A stretch of DNA of 63,740 bases, the filler included. It is 8 parts of 8 records of this genome, joined end to end, with 100 filler letters (N's around TTAATTAATTAA, not from the genome) between each part and the next. Parts side by side here need not be neighbours in the genome. Positions count along the whole stretch, not along the records: positions 44,037 to 57,829 come from SRR31147125_38265; positions 57,930 to 63,740 come from SRR31147125_38425; 6 more parts are not named here. One strand, given 5' to 3'. The position numbers were made by a program, and so were the translations under genes. Below the pieces are notes generated by a model, which was not told the origin of the DNA, ran no database searches, and saw only the letters and a list, made by a program, of their open reading frames with translations. Of this stretch, positions 51,011 through 62,300 are shown in pieces (positions within the stretch are counted from its first letter, which is position 1; each line of letters starts with the position of its first letter).

Positions 51011-51487
51011 ATGAAAGTGGATGATCTAATGACAAGCGGAAACTGCGCAAAAAGAACTGGCTCAAAAGTTAAAAGCACCCGTAGAAAAGCAAATCTCAAA
51101 CGAGCAGAACTAGAAGAAATTCGGGCGCAAAATAATGAACCAGAGATGGCAGAGTTGATTAAAATGATCGACTACATAAGACCAAAATCGCGCGAAGATT
51201 GTGAACATAGACAGCGTCCATGTTTATTTGTATCTTGCAAACATCACCTGTACCTTGATGTCAACATGGAAACAGGGTCTATCAAGTTTAATTTCCCTGA
51301 CAAAGAAGTTTGGGAAATGGCAGAAACTTGTGCCTTGGATGTTGCCGACAGAGGCGGAATTACTTTGGAAGAAGTTGGAGAAATCCTGAACTTGACCAGA
51401 GAACGCATCAGACAGGTTGAAGTTAAAGGACTTACAAAACTGAGGCATCACTCAAGAAAAATCAGTCTAAAAGACTTCATCCAGTAA
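51011..51487 (+). CDS. Cys-rich protein with only a sigma-70 region 4 HTH
   Basis: [20 protein letters not shown]...TCALD, then [20 protein letters not shown]. Confidence 0.8.
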   Translation: MKVDDLMTSGNCAKRTGSKVKSTRRKANLKRAELEEIRAQNNEPEMAELIKMIDYIRPKSREDCEHRQRPCLFVSCKHHLYLDVNMETGSIKFNFPDKEVWEMAETCALDVADRGGITLEEVGEILNLTRERIRQVEVKGLTKLRHHSRKISLKDFIQ

Positions 51488-51510
51488 TAACCAACGAAAG
51501 TTTAAAATAA

Positions 51511-51541
51511 AAACGGCTATACTTTGATTGTATAGCCGTTT
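51511..51541 (+). terminator. Rho-independent terminator
   Basis: aaacggctatac-tttgatt-gtatagccgttt. Confidence 0.8.
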
Positions 51542-51552
51542 AATTTTATCTC

Positions 51553-51717
51553 ATGAAAAACAATGATAGACAACCAATCAAAGTCAAATTCTGGGTAAAG
51601 ATACTTGTCTTTATGGTTGTCGGTTCACTATTCTGGATCAGATACAACTACTGTCATCACCCTATTATGAATCCCGAAGTAAAAGACAACTCGTCTATCA
51701 AGCAATCAACAAAGTGA
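51553..51717 (+). CDS. Putative 54-aa single-TM small protein
   Basis: Hand translation MKNNDRQPIKVKFWVKILVFMVVGSLFWIRYNYCHHPIMNPEVKDNSSIKQSTK*. Confidence 0.4.
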   Translation: MKNNDRQPIKVKFWVKILVFMVVGSLFWIRYNYCHHPIMNPEVKDNSSIKQSTK

Positions 51718-51728
51718 GTTATTACACA

Positions 51729-53267
51729 TCAGTTTTGGGGAACAACTATTGCCGGAGTTGATCGTGCAGCTTTGTTCGCTTCGACCTTTTTAGATACCGC
51801 AATAAACCTTGGTCCATATTTTACAGTCCTGAAATCAGGATGGTTTAAGAACTCGGTATCTGTAAAACCTAATTCAGCCGCCTTCTCCAAATAGTCAAGA
51901 GCTTTTACAAAAATCGAGCGTGTAGTATAAATCACCGATAGGCGACTATACGGAACCGGATTATTTTTATCGACTTCACTGGCATATAACAAAGCCTTTT
52001 CTGCTTCATTGTATTTAGCCCTTCCCTGATTAAACAAAGACAAAGCCAAATAGAGTCTTACTTTAAAATCTTTGTTATCCAGTTTCAGGTGCTCACCAAA
52101 ATGCTTTATTGAATCATCGTATTGCCCATCATCATAGTTGATGATCCCCAGAGTTTTTCTGGCAAGCTTTTTATTTGGATCAAAACGCAAAGCGAACAAA
52201 AGCATTTGCTTGGCTGCATTTTTTTTGCCCTGTTTTAAATAACAAACACCGAATTTTTCGTAGGCATCAGCGTTCTTTTTATCTACGATTAAAACATCTT
52301 TATATATTTTTTCTACAAGATCGCATCTTTCAAGCTTGAATGCACTGTCTCCAATAATTTTTTTGAGAGCCACATTTTTTGGCATGACTTCAATAGCTTT
52401 TAGTCCAAATGTAATAGTATTCTCATAATCGCCTTGAATGTAGTAAACCTGAGCTTTCAAGGCATTAGCATCTCCCGAATTTGGATCAGCTTTTAGCAAA
52501 GTATCCAATTCTACCAAAGCTGCTTTAAATTTTGCAGACATATATAAAGCACCAGCTAAAGACAAGCGTACATCTTTGTCATCTTCTATAATCAAAGCTG
52601 CTTTTAGCTTGTCGACAGCTTTGGCTGGTTGGCCCTGACCAATATATAATGAAGCGTAACGAAGTAAAACTGGTAAGCATTTGGGATTTATCAACAGTGC
52701 TTCATCATAGCTTTTCATAGCCTTATTAGTCTCTGCCAATCTGAAATGGTGGTTACCAATAAACGCATATGCATGATACATTTTGGGTTGAGCCGCTTTG
52801 ATTCTCTCCAGCCACACCAAAATTCGTTGATCTTTATCCAGGTTTTTCCACAAAGGAGCACTTGAGATTGTAAGCTTTTCATCAACCGGATCAAGTTCAA
52901 TAGCCTTGACATAGTGTTCAGCAGCTTCAATATATTTGCCTAGCTTCATATTGCAAAAAGCTAAATCTTTTTCTTTTTGAGTTGCATCTTTTAGATCATT
53001 AGCTAAATCCAACAACTCTATAGCTTCCTCACACTTTTCTCTCATCGCCAGAATGTGGCCAAGATTGAATTGCGCCTCATTGGTGTTTTCCAACTCCAAG
53101 GCCAGCCTGAATTCATTTTCGGCATCTTCAAACTTGTTATTTATTTGAAATTGTTTTCCTTGTTCAACGTGCTTTAAAGCCTTTTGTGAAGCACAACCGA
53201 AAGAAATAACGAATACAACTATAAAAACAAAAACAACTGCTTTGCTTTGCCAATTTCCGTTCTTCAT
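51729..53267 (-). CDS. TPR-repeat lipoprotein
   Basis: Lipobox SFGC; many TPR motifs (A..NLG, YxKAIELDP); C-terminal ALDYLEKAAELGF...DF..V....RF. Confidence 0.88.
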   Translation of the reverse strand: MKNGNWQSKAVVFVFIVVFVISFGCASQKALKHVEQGKQFQINNKFEDAENEFRLALELENTNEAQFNLGHILAMREKCEEAIELLDLANDLKDATQKEKDLAFCNMKLGKYIEAAEHYVKAIELDPVDEKLTISSAPLWKNLDKDQRILVWLERIKAAQPKMYHAYAFIGNHHFRLAETNKAMKSYDEALLINPKCLPVLLRYASLYIGQGQPAKAVDKLKAALIIEDDKDVRLSLAGALYMSAKFKAALVELDTLLKADPNSGDANALKAQVYYIQGDYENTITFGLKAIEVMPKNVALKKIIGDSAFKLERCDLVEKIYKDVLIVDKKNADAYEKFGVCYLKQGKKNAAKQMLLFALRFDPNKKLARKTLGIINYDDGQYDDSIKHFGEHLKLDNKDFKVRLYLALSLFNQGRAKYNEAEKALLYASEVDKNNPVPYSRLSVIYTTRSIFVKALDYLEKAAELGFTDTEFLNHPDFRTVKYGPRFIAVSKKVEANKAARSTPAIVVPQN

Positions 53268-53313
53268 ATTCTACCTACCAAATGTATTTGAGTATAATAT
53301 TGCCTATATACTG

Positions 53314-53342
53314 AAAAAAGCCCCGAAACTAGGGGCTTTTTT
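53314..53342. terminator. Rho-independent terminator
   Basis: aaaaaagcccc-gaaacta-ggggctttttt. Confidence 0.85.
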
Positions 53343-53366
53343 CGATTTATTAACATATTTGCTGAA

Positions 53367-55154
53367 TTATTTCAAATCCAGTTTTACAGCGTCATGGAAC
53401 GTATGCAGATGTTCACCCAGTTTTTGTGACAAGAATTGCATTACGTTAATTTCACCCTGTGACCATCTATCGGAACCGACTTTATTGACCAGTTCTAAAG
53501 CTCCAAATGTTCTTTCGTTATGAGAAATCGGTACACACAAAATTGATTTTGTTGCGAACCCTGTTTTTTGCGAAATTTCTTTGTAGAAATTCTCGTTACT
53601 GGCAACATTGGAAACAGCAAGAGTACATCCATATGATACAGAGAAACCAACTATTCCCTTACCTCTTGGGATACGAATTTCCGATAATTGTGCTGCAACT
53701 TTTCCTCTGGCAACCGAGAAGTAAAGATCGTTCAGTGCAGAATTGATATCAGATAAAATTACAGAACCTGCCTCGGACTTAATAGCCTTCATCGCTAGAT
53801 CAAGAATGTATTCCTGTGCCCCATCTTCCGTCATTTGTGGAAGATCCATGGTATCCATAAACATATCGGACAAAACCTCGTCCACATCGAAAGGCTCTGG
53901 CTCAATTTCTTCAATATCTCCAAAGTCTTCTTCTATCTCGGCAGCAGTAATTGCAGACTTGGTAACCTTAATGCTTCTGCTTGCTCCTTCGGCCTTCTCC
54001 TCTGCTTTCTTCTTTGCCTCATCTGCTTTTTTCTTCTTTTCAGCAAGGGCTTTTTCAAGTTCATGCCGTTCTTTTTCAGCTTGTTCTTTACGCTTTCTTT
54101 CTTCTTCTTCTTTTTTCTTTCTTGCTTCTGCTTTTTTGCGCTTCTTTTCTTCTATCTTTTTGCGTTTTGCTTCTTCAGCTTCTTTTTTCTTGCGTAGTTT
54201 TTCTTCTTCTTTTTTCTTACGCTCGGCCTGAGCTTTCTGTTTTTGCGCTTCTATCTCTTTGCGCTTTTTATCTTCAGCTTCTTTGCGTTTTTTAGCCTCA
54301 ACCTCTTTACGCTTTCTGTCTTCTTCTTCTTTACGTTTTCGTTCTTCAGCTTCTTTACGCTTTTTATCTTCGGCTTCTTTTCTAATCCTTGCAGACTCTT
54401 CCTCAGCTTTTTTCCTAGCCTCTGCGTCAGCTATCTTTTTCGCCTCTTCAAGACGTTTTTTCTCTTCTTCAGCAAGCTTTTTGGCTTCTTCTGCTTCCTT
54501 TTGTTTTCTTGCTTCTTCAGCCTTGCGCTTTTGTTCTTCTTCTTCTTTAAGTTTCTTTGCGGCTTCAGCTTTACGCTTGGCTTCAGCTTCTTCAGCTTTT
54601 TTGGCTTCTTCAGCTTCCTTCTGTTTTCTTGCTTCCTCTTCTTTGCGCTTTTTCTCTTCCTCTTCTTTTCTTAATTGCTCTTCTTCTTCCTTGCGCTTTT
54701 GTTCTTCTGCTTCTTCACGTTTTTGCGCTTCAGCTTCTTCGGCCTTGCGTTTTTCTTCTTCTTCTTTTTCTTTTTTGAGCTTTTCCTCAAGCTGTTTTTT
54801 GGCTTCTGCTTCTTCTTTTGCAGCTTTTTCAGCCTCTTCTCTTACACGCTTGGCTTCAGCCTCTTCAGCTTTCTTGGCTTCCACTGCTTTCTTCTTTGCT
54901 TCGTCAGTAGCAGCATCACCGCCTTCAGCTTTTTCATTGATTCGGAACATACGCCTTGAGGTAGGGTCCTTTATAACGACTGTTCCATCAGGACGGTTTT
55001 CGCACATTATTGAAGCGAGAGAATCTCCCTGCTCACCAATTTGCTTCATGCCTGTACGCAAAGCTAATAACCAACTAGAAGCTTCTACTTCAACTGTTAC
55101 AGCTTCTCCTCCAGACCCAGGCTTTGCAGGTATAAACACCTCATAGAGCGGCAT
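53367..55154 (-). CDS. GAF-domain protein with a ~300-aa E/K/R/A-rich helical spacer
   Basis: N-terminal globular domain YEVFIPA..EASSWLLALR; C-terminal GAF (GKGIVG, TKSILCVPI, GALELVNK). Confidence 0.85.
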   Translation of the reverse strand: MPLYEVFIPAKPGSGGEAVTVEVEASSWLLALRTGMKQIGEQGDSLASIMCENRPDGTVVIKDPTSRRMFRINEKAEGGDAATDEAKKKAVEAKKAEEAEAKRVREEAEKAAKEEAEAKKQLEEKLKKEKEEEEKRKAEEAEAQKREEAEEQKRKEEEEQLRKEEEEKKRKEEEARKQKEAEEAKKAEEAEAKRKAEAAKKLKEEEEQKRKAEEARKQKEAEEAKKLAEEEKKRLEEAKKIADAEARKKAEEESARIRKEAEDKKRKEAEERKRKEEEDRKRKEVEAKKRKEAEDKKRKEIEAQKQKAQAERKKKEEEKLRKKKEAEEAKRKKIEEKKRKKAEARKKKEEEERKRKEQAEKERHELEKALAEKKKKADEAKKKAEEKAEGASRSIKVTKSAITAAEIEEDFGDIEEIEPEPFDVDEVLSDMFMDTMDLPQMTEDGAQEYILDLAMKAIKSEAGSVILSDINSALNDLYFSVARGKVAAQLSEIRIPRGKGIVGFSVSYGCTLAVSNVASNENFYKEISQKTGFATKSILCVPISHNERTFGALELVNKVGSDRWSQGEINVMQFLSQKLGEHLHTFHDAVKLDLK

Positions 55155-55552
55155 GTGAATCTCCTTATTTATGATTATAACCCCAAGCTCACTATAGTGA
55201 GCCTATCTTTCGCACCTTTATTGATACTTACAATTAACAGAAAATCTCTCGAAAGTCAAAGGAATCCTAACAGTTTTTAGGTATTTTCATATCAGGAACA
55301 AGCTAGACGTATCTTTAAAAACCGCAATAAAATCACCTAATTAGCATGTTTTTGTTAAATCTTGATTGCTAATTACAAGAATATACCCAATACCGGAAAA
55401 AAGTTCAGGTAATTTCAATATTGAACAAACCTTAATATTATTGCGTTTCCATGTTGACGTTTTTGTTTTTGTCATGTAAACAATCCTAGTCTAGTTTTTA
55501 AAGGTATTTTTGTAATACCTTGATTTTTTATTTCACTAAGTACGAGGATTTC

Positions 55553-57829
55553 ATGCAGGAAATCAGTAGAAAAACAATTTCAGCGACCTTGAAAATTAAA
55601 GAAGATATCATCGAAAAAGTTGCTGCGCTTTTTGGCGAAGGCAATACGCTACCCTTTATCGCAAGATACAGAAAAGAACATACAGGTGGCTTGGATGAAT
55701 TGCAACTTCAACACATCAAGGATCAACTTGACTACTTTAAAGAACTTGCTGACAGAAAAACAACTGTTTTAGAAACGATAGAAAAGCAAGGAAAACTCAC
55801 AGAGGAACTAAAGGCAAAAATTGATTCCTGCATTGAAAAATATGAACTTGAAGATCTCTACCTTCCATACAAGCCAAAAAGACGCACAAAAGCACAAGTA
55901 GCAAGAGAGCTTGGTCTTGAACCATTGGCTTTAAGAATTCTCGCCCAGGAAGAAACTGAAGGCCGGGAAATGACTATCGTAGAGGAATTGACAAAAGACT
56001 CGGTAGTGGATGACCCGAATGAGGCTCTAAAAGGAGCTTTGGATATTATTGCTGAAAATATTTGCGAAAATTCGGAAATCAGAAAATCAATCCGTGACCT
56101 TACATGGAGAGAAGGTATTATCAAATCCCGTGCAGTTGGAGATGAAAACGAATCATCAGGTAAATTCAGAGACTACGACCAAAAATCTGAACCAGTCAAG
56201 GAAATGCCATCTCACAGAATTCTGGCTATTTTCCGTGGTAAAAAAGAAAAAGAACTGTCATTCAGAATCTCGGTAGATGAACATGAAGTATATTCCATAC
56301 TTGATGAAGACGTTATAACCAATCCTGATTCTATCTGGAAACGATATATGCTTGAAGCTATCAGAGATTCTTATGAAAGACTGCTAGCACCACAGATGGA
56401 AACTGAAATCAGGCAGGAACTAAAGAAAAAGCAGATGAAGTTGCAACCGAAGTCTTTTCGGAAAACTTGCGGGTTCTTTTGCTTTCTCCACCGCTTCTTG
56501 GAAAATCGGTAATGGCTCTCGATCCCGGACTTCGCACTGGAGTGAAAGTTGCTATCGCTGACAATACCGGAAAATTCTTATCCAACGAAACTGTTTTTCC
56601 GATTCCTCCCAAAAACGATGTAGATGGAACTTTCAAAACTTTCGACAAGCTTATTGAAGCGCACAAAATTGAAGCGATTGCTATTGGTAATGGAACGGGC
56701 GGAAAAGAAACATTCCGTGTAGTTAGAAATTACCTGAAAGAGCGCGGCAAAGCTGATGATATTATCGCTGTAATGGTAAATGAAGCTGGAGCTTCTATTT
56801 ATTCAGCTTCAGAAATTGCACGAAAAGAATTCCCGGATCTGGATCTAACGGTTCGTGGAGCAATTTCCATTGGTAGACGCCTGCAAGATCCACTTGCGGA
56901 ACTTGTGAAAATCGATCCAAAAAGCATTGGGGTTGGACAATACCAACATGATGTCGATCAAAAACTGCTCGCTAAAAAGCTCGATGAAATCGTCGTTTCA
57001 TGCGTTAATAAAGTTGGAGTAAACCTGAATACAGCTTCTGCGCCTCTTTTATCGCGAGTATCAGGAATGACAGCCAAAACAGCTACAAACATTGTTAATT
57101 ACAGAAACGAAAACGGAGCATTCACCAATAGGCAAAGCTTGAACAGTGTTCCGGGAATCGGTGCAAAAACATTCCAGCAATCGGCAGGCTTTCTGCGTGT
57201 AGTTGGCGATGAACCTCTTGATAATTCCGCAGTTCACCCTGAGCGATATGAACTTGTCCGTAAAATGGCGGAAGATATTAATATAGAAATCCAAACACTT
57301 CTAGGTAACAGTGATCTGGTAAAGAAAATTGAAAAAGACAATTACACCAGCGACGAAGTAGGAAGCTTCACATTAAATGATATTATCGAGGAACTCGCTA
57401 AACCGAACCGAGATCCACGAGATGAATTTACTCCTCCGGATTTCAATGATGATATAAATGACATCAAAGATCTGGAAGAAGGCATGGAACTCTCCGGTAT
57501 AGTAACAAACGTAGCTAAATTTGGAGTTTTCGTAGACATCGGTGTACATCAGGATGGCATGATTCATGTATCAGAAATAGACTATCGTTTTATTTCAGAT
57601 CCAGCCGAAGTTCTTAAAGTCGGAGATAAAATAAAAGTCAAGGTTATTGAAATCGATAAAGAGAGAAAAGAATTAGCTTGTCCAGAAAACAGCTTCTATC
57701 TCCACCTCCAAGAAAACCCAAATCGAAAAAAGAGAATCAGCCAAGAGGAAGAAATGATCGCCGCCCAAACCAAAGAAAGCAATCTTTTAAAGGCGACAGA
57801 AAAGGCAATTCTCAAAGAAGTCGAAAAAA
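55553..57829 (+). CDS. tex: Tex transcription accessory protein (S1 domain); two one-base frameshifts; truncated at gap
   Basis: TLPFIARYRKEHTG, LEDLYLPYKPKRRT, DPGLRTG, NEAGASIYSAS, KSIGVGQYQHDV and FGVFVDIGVHQDG. One A is missing at ~56422 and at ~57665. Confidence 0.92.
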
Positions 57830-57929
57830 NNNNNNNNNNNNNNNNNNNNNNNNNNNNNNNNNNNNNNNNNNNNTTAATTAATTAANNNNNNNNNNNNNNN
57901 NNNNNNNNNNNNNNNNNNNNNNNNNNNNN
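57830..57929. other. Artificial contig spacer
   Basis: N run with TTAATTAATTAA. Confidence 0.98.
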
Positions 57930-58678
57930 GGGCTTTAAAAACAGCTGTTGAAGATTTAAAATATAACAAAATAGATGTTCTTGTTACAGGACCATTTAAC
58001 AAGTACAACATTCAATCGAAGGATTTTAATTTTCCGGGACATACAGAATACTTGCAAAGTGAGTTTGCAGCAGACGATGTTTTAATGTTGATGGCATCAG
58101 AATACATGAAGATTGGTGTTGTAACTACACACGCGCCTATTTCACAAGTGGCAAGCTTAATTACAAAAGAAACGGTTGCCAGTAAGATTGATATTTTAAA
58201 TACCACGCTTATTAAAGATTTTGGTATTAGAAAACCCAAGATTGCAGTATTAGGTTTAAATCCGCACGCTGGTGAGAATGGTTTTCTGGGCGATGAAGAA
58301 CAAAAAACAATATTGCCGGCAATTAATGAGGCAAAAGAAAAAGGAATATTAGCACTTGGTCCTTTCCCCGCCGATGGTTTTTTTGCGACCGATAGCTTTA
58401 CAAAATTTGATGGAGTGCTTGCCATGTATCACGATCAAGGATTGATTCCGTTTAAAGCAATTGTTACAGATGGCGGTGTAAATTATTCTGCCGGATTGCC
58501 TATTATTAGAACTTCTCCAGCACATGGAACCGCATACGAAATTGCAGGTAAAAATCTCGCTTCGCCTGATTCTTTTAGAAAAGCGATCTACATGGCTTGC
58601 GACGTGTATGCAAACCGAAATAACATGGAGGAGCTCATGAAAAATCCAATGAAAACATACGATATCTCTAAAATTTAA
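57930..58678 (+). CDS. pdxA: 4-hydroxythreonine-4-phosphate dehydrogenase; 5' truncated
   Basis: FPGHTEYL, GLNPHAGE, PADGFF, MYHDQGL and RTSPAHGTA. Confidence 0.93.
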
Positions 58679-58698
58679 TTATACCAGTGCCACATAGT

Positions 58699-59280
58699 AT
58701 GTTTGAATACCTAGAAGGAAAGATTGCAGAAATTACACCTGCTTTTGCAGTATTGGATGTAGGTGGTGTAGGATATTTTGTCAATATCTCTTTAACAACA
58801 TTCTCCGATATTAAATCATCAGAAAAAGCAAAACTTTATATTCACCAGGCCATAAGGGAAGATGCACATTTGCTTTTTGGATTTAGTAAAAAAGATGAAC
58901 GAACATTATTCCGGATGTTAATCTCAGTTTCAGGCGTTGGCGCTTCAACAGCACAGATGATGTTATCATCAATAAATCCGGCTGAACTATCTCAAAGCAT
59001 TATGAATGGGGATGTTCAGCAACTAAAAAGCATAAAAGGGATTGGCGTTAAAACAGCGCAACGTATCATTGTGGAACTTAAAGATAAAGTTGGAAAAGAA
59101 TCGTTAAGTGAAGATTTTTTTGCAGAGCAGGACAATACATTGCAACAAGAAGCGTTTTCTGCTTTACTGGCTTTGGGTTTTCAAAAAAATACTGTCGAAA
59201 AGGTGGTAAAGAAAATTTTGGCGCAAAACCAGAGTTTGACAGTAGAAGAATTAATAAAAGAGGCTTTAAAAAATTTATAA
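58699..59280 (+). CDS. ruvA: Holliday junction branch migration protein
   Basis: GVGY, REDAHLLFGF, LISVSGVG, IKGIG.KTAQRIIVELKDK and ALLALGF. Confidence 0.95.
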   Translation: MFEYLEGKIAEITPAFAVLDVGGVGYFVNISLTTFSDIKSSEKAKLYIHQAIREDAHLLFGFSKKDERTLFRMLISVSGVGASTAQMMLSSINPAELSQSIMNGDVQQLKSIKGIGVKTAQRIIVELKDKVGKESLSEDFFAEQDNTLQQEAFSALLALGFQKNTVEKVVKKILAQNQSLTVEELIKEALKNL

Positions 59281-59307
59281 TATTGACTCGGGAAATTTAC
59301 TAGTAGT

Positions 59308-62300
59308 TTGAGAAAGAGTTTAAAATACTTAGGATTATCAACGGTTTTTTTCTGTGGATTGTTTGTTATTTGGCAATCGCGGGCCATCGAACCGATCGAC
59401 CTTTCGGATGATTTTTTCAGCAGTTATTTTGGAGATCAACCAGACACCATAATTAATCAAAACGAAGAATTACCATACCCATTAAAAGAAAATACAGGCG
59501 ATCCTTATTCGGATGATAGGAGCACTTCTCCCTTATATTTAAATGATCCTCCAAATCTTGGATCTGATGTTGAATACAACCCCGAAACAGGAGAATACAT
59601 TTACCAAAGAAAAGTTGGAGGTATTGGTATTACACCTCCTGTCAGCATGTCGCTCGACGAATATAGCCAGTATCAATTGGATAAGGCCAAAAGAGATTAC
59701 TGGAGCCAAAAGGCGCGCAGTTCAGAATTTCAGGATTCTCGTTCGTTTGTCCCCAGTTTTCAAATCCGGAGCGAAGCATTTGATAAAGTTTTTGGTAGCA
59801 ACACCATAAATATTACCCCACAAGGTTCTGCGGAGGTAATTTTTGGTTTTACCATGAATCGGATAGATAACCCACAATTATCAGAGCGATTAAGAAGAAC
59901 CCCATCGTTTACATTCAAAGAAAAAATTCAGATGAATGTTACCGGTAGCATCGGTGATAAGATGGAAATGGGGATTAATTATAATACAGAAGCCACATTC
60001 GATTTTGAGAATAAAACCAAGTTGGAATATGCCGGCGATGAAGATGAAATTATTAAAAAGATTGAGGCGGGTAACGTAACATTCCCACTACCAGGTTCTT
60101 TAATTACGGGTAGCCAGAGTTTATTCGGGGTTAAAACAGAATTGCAGTTCGGTAAGTTAAATGTTACCACCGTGCTTTCGCATCAAAAAGGGCAAAGCTC
60201 AGTTATTGAAGTGGAAGGTGGTTCCCAGGTAAGCGAATACGAAGTAACGGTTGATGATTACGATGCCAACAGGCACTTTTTCCTTTCTCATTATTTCAAG
60301 GATAGATATGATGAAGCCATGTCTGGTTTGCCCCTTATTCAATCGAATGTGCAAATTGAAGAAATAGAAGTTTGGGTAACCAATAAAAGCAAAAATTTTG
60401 ATGGGGCAAGAAACATTGTAGCCCTTATGGACTTGGGTGAATATGGTGATAATATTGACAATACAAATATTAAATCAAATAATCAGAATGATGAATTCCC
60501 TAGAAATGAGACGAATGAATTGTACCAAAGTATTTATGAAGACGATGGAATAAGGGATATAGGTACTGCTACGGGTAGGTTACAGGGGTATTTTCTTATG
60601 GAAAATGGCGTTGATTTTGAAAAAATTGAAAATGCCCGTAAACTTACTACACGAGAATATACCTTAAACAGAACGTTGGGTTATATTTCATTAAACACAG
60701 CCCTTAATGCGGACGAAGTGCTTGCAGTTGCCTATCGATATAAATTAGCTGGTGAAAGCAATTACAGGAAAGTTGGTGAATTAACAAACAATGCACCCAG
60801 TGCCCCCCAAACAATTATCGTAAAGCTTCTTAAAGGAACGAATTTATCACCCAAGTTTAAAACCTGGGAACTAATGATGAAAAATATATATGCCATTGGT
60901 GCATACCAGGTTAGTCAACAAGATTTTTCATTAAATATTTTTTACGAGGATGATGAAAACGGGCAGGCTGTAAATTATCTGCCAGGTAGTGGTACAAGCG
61001 ATGAGATTTTACTTCGCGTGTTTGGTTTAGATAAACTCAACCAACAAAGCGATCCGTATCCCGATGGTCTATTTGATTATCTGTCAGGAATAACAATTAT
61101 CCCGTCAAACGGGCGAATAATTTTTCCAACGGTTGAGCCTTTTGGTGAGTCGTTAAAAACTTACCTGGAAAACATCTATGGTCCTTACAATTCAACAAAT
61201 CCCAAAAAAGATTCCATCGATCGGTTTTTGTTTACCGAGCTATATGATTCAACAAAAACAAAAGCCCAACAAATTGCTGAGAAAAATAAATTTATTATTG
61301 CAGGGGAATACAGCGGTTCGTCAGGTTCAGAGATTCAGTTGAATGCGATGAATGTTCCCAGGGGTTCTGTAAAAGTTACGGCTGGTGGTATACAACTTGC
61401 TGAAAACGTAGATTACACAGTTGATTATACCTTAGGACGTGTAAGAATCATAAACTCAGGATTACTTGAAAGTGGAACGCCCATAAGAATATCGCTTGAA
61501 AGCAATACACTTTTTAACCTTCAAAGAAAAACGTTGGTGGGTACGCATCTTAATTACCAGTTTTCTGATGATTTTTATTTAGGTGGTACTGTGCTTCATC
61601 TTAAAGAAACACCACTTACGAAAAAGGTTAATTTCGGTGATGAACCCATTTCAAATACAATTTGGGGATTGAATGGTTCATACCGCACAGAATCACAATT
61701 TATCACATCTTTGGTCGATAAAATTCCATTGATTGAAACTAAAGAAATGTCGAATATCACTGTTGATGGTGAATTTGCCCAGTTAATTCCGGGTTCATCC
61801 AAATCGGTAGGGAAGAGTGGAAGAGCTTATCTCGACGACTTTGAAGGAAGCGAGACTTCTATTGATGTTAAAAATTATTCTGCCTGGGTATTGGCAAGTA
61901 CACCAAGTAGATTTACAGAAGCTAGTAATAGTAGCCTGGACTATGGATTTAATCGTGCTAAGTTAGCCTGGTATGTAATTGATGATTTATTCCAGGAGAA
62001 CACCTCATTAACACCAACTCATATCAAAGATGATGAAGATCAGCAATCAAACCATTTTGTGCGTACTGTCTTAGAACAAGAAATATTTCCGAACAGGGAC
62101 AATGAAAATAATATTCCCAGCCGCTTGGCCATGTTAAATGTTGCTTATTATCCAACTGAAAGAGGGCCTTATAACTATAGGGTAAACGAAGTAAATGAAG
62201 ATGGAACACTTCAAAATCCGGAGGATAAGTGGGGTGGTATCATGCGGGAGGTATTAACAAGCGATTTTGAATCAGCAAACATTGAATTTCTTGAATTCTG

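Noticed and set aside
53743-55146. Long plus-strand ORFs rich in F/S/L
   Set aside because: Antisense shadows of the E/K-rich GAF protein gene.
5561-57929. Repeated TTAATTAATTAA as a biological repeat, and gene linkage across the gaps
   Set aside because: It is an assembly spacer within N runs; the flanking contigs differ in composition and apparent taxon.
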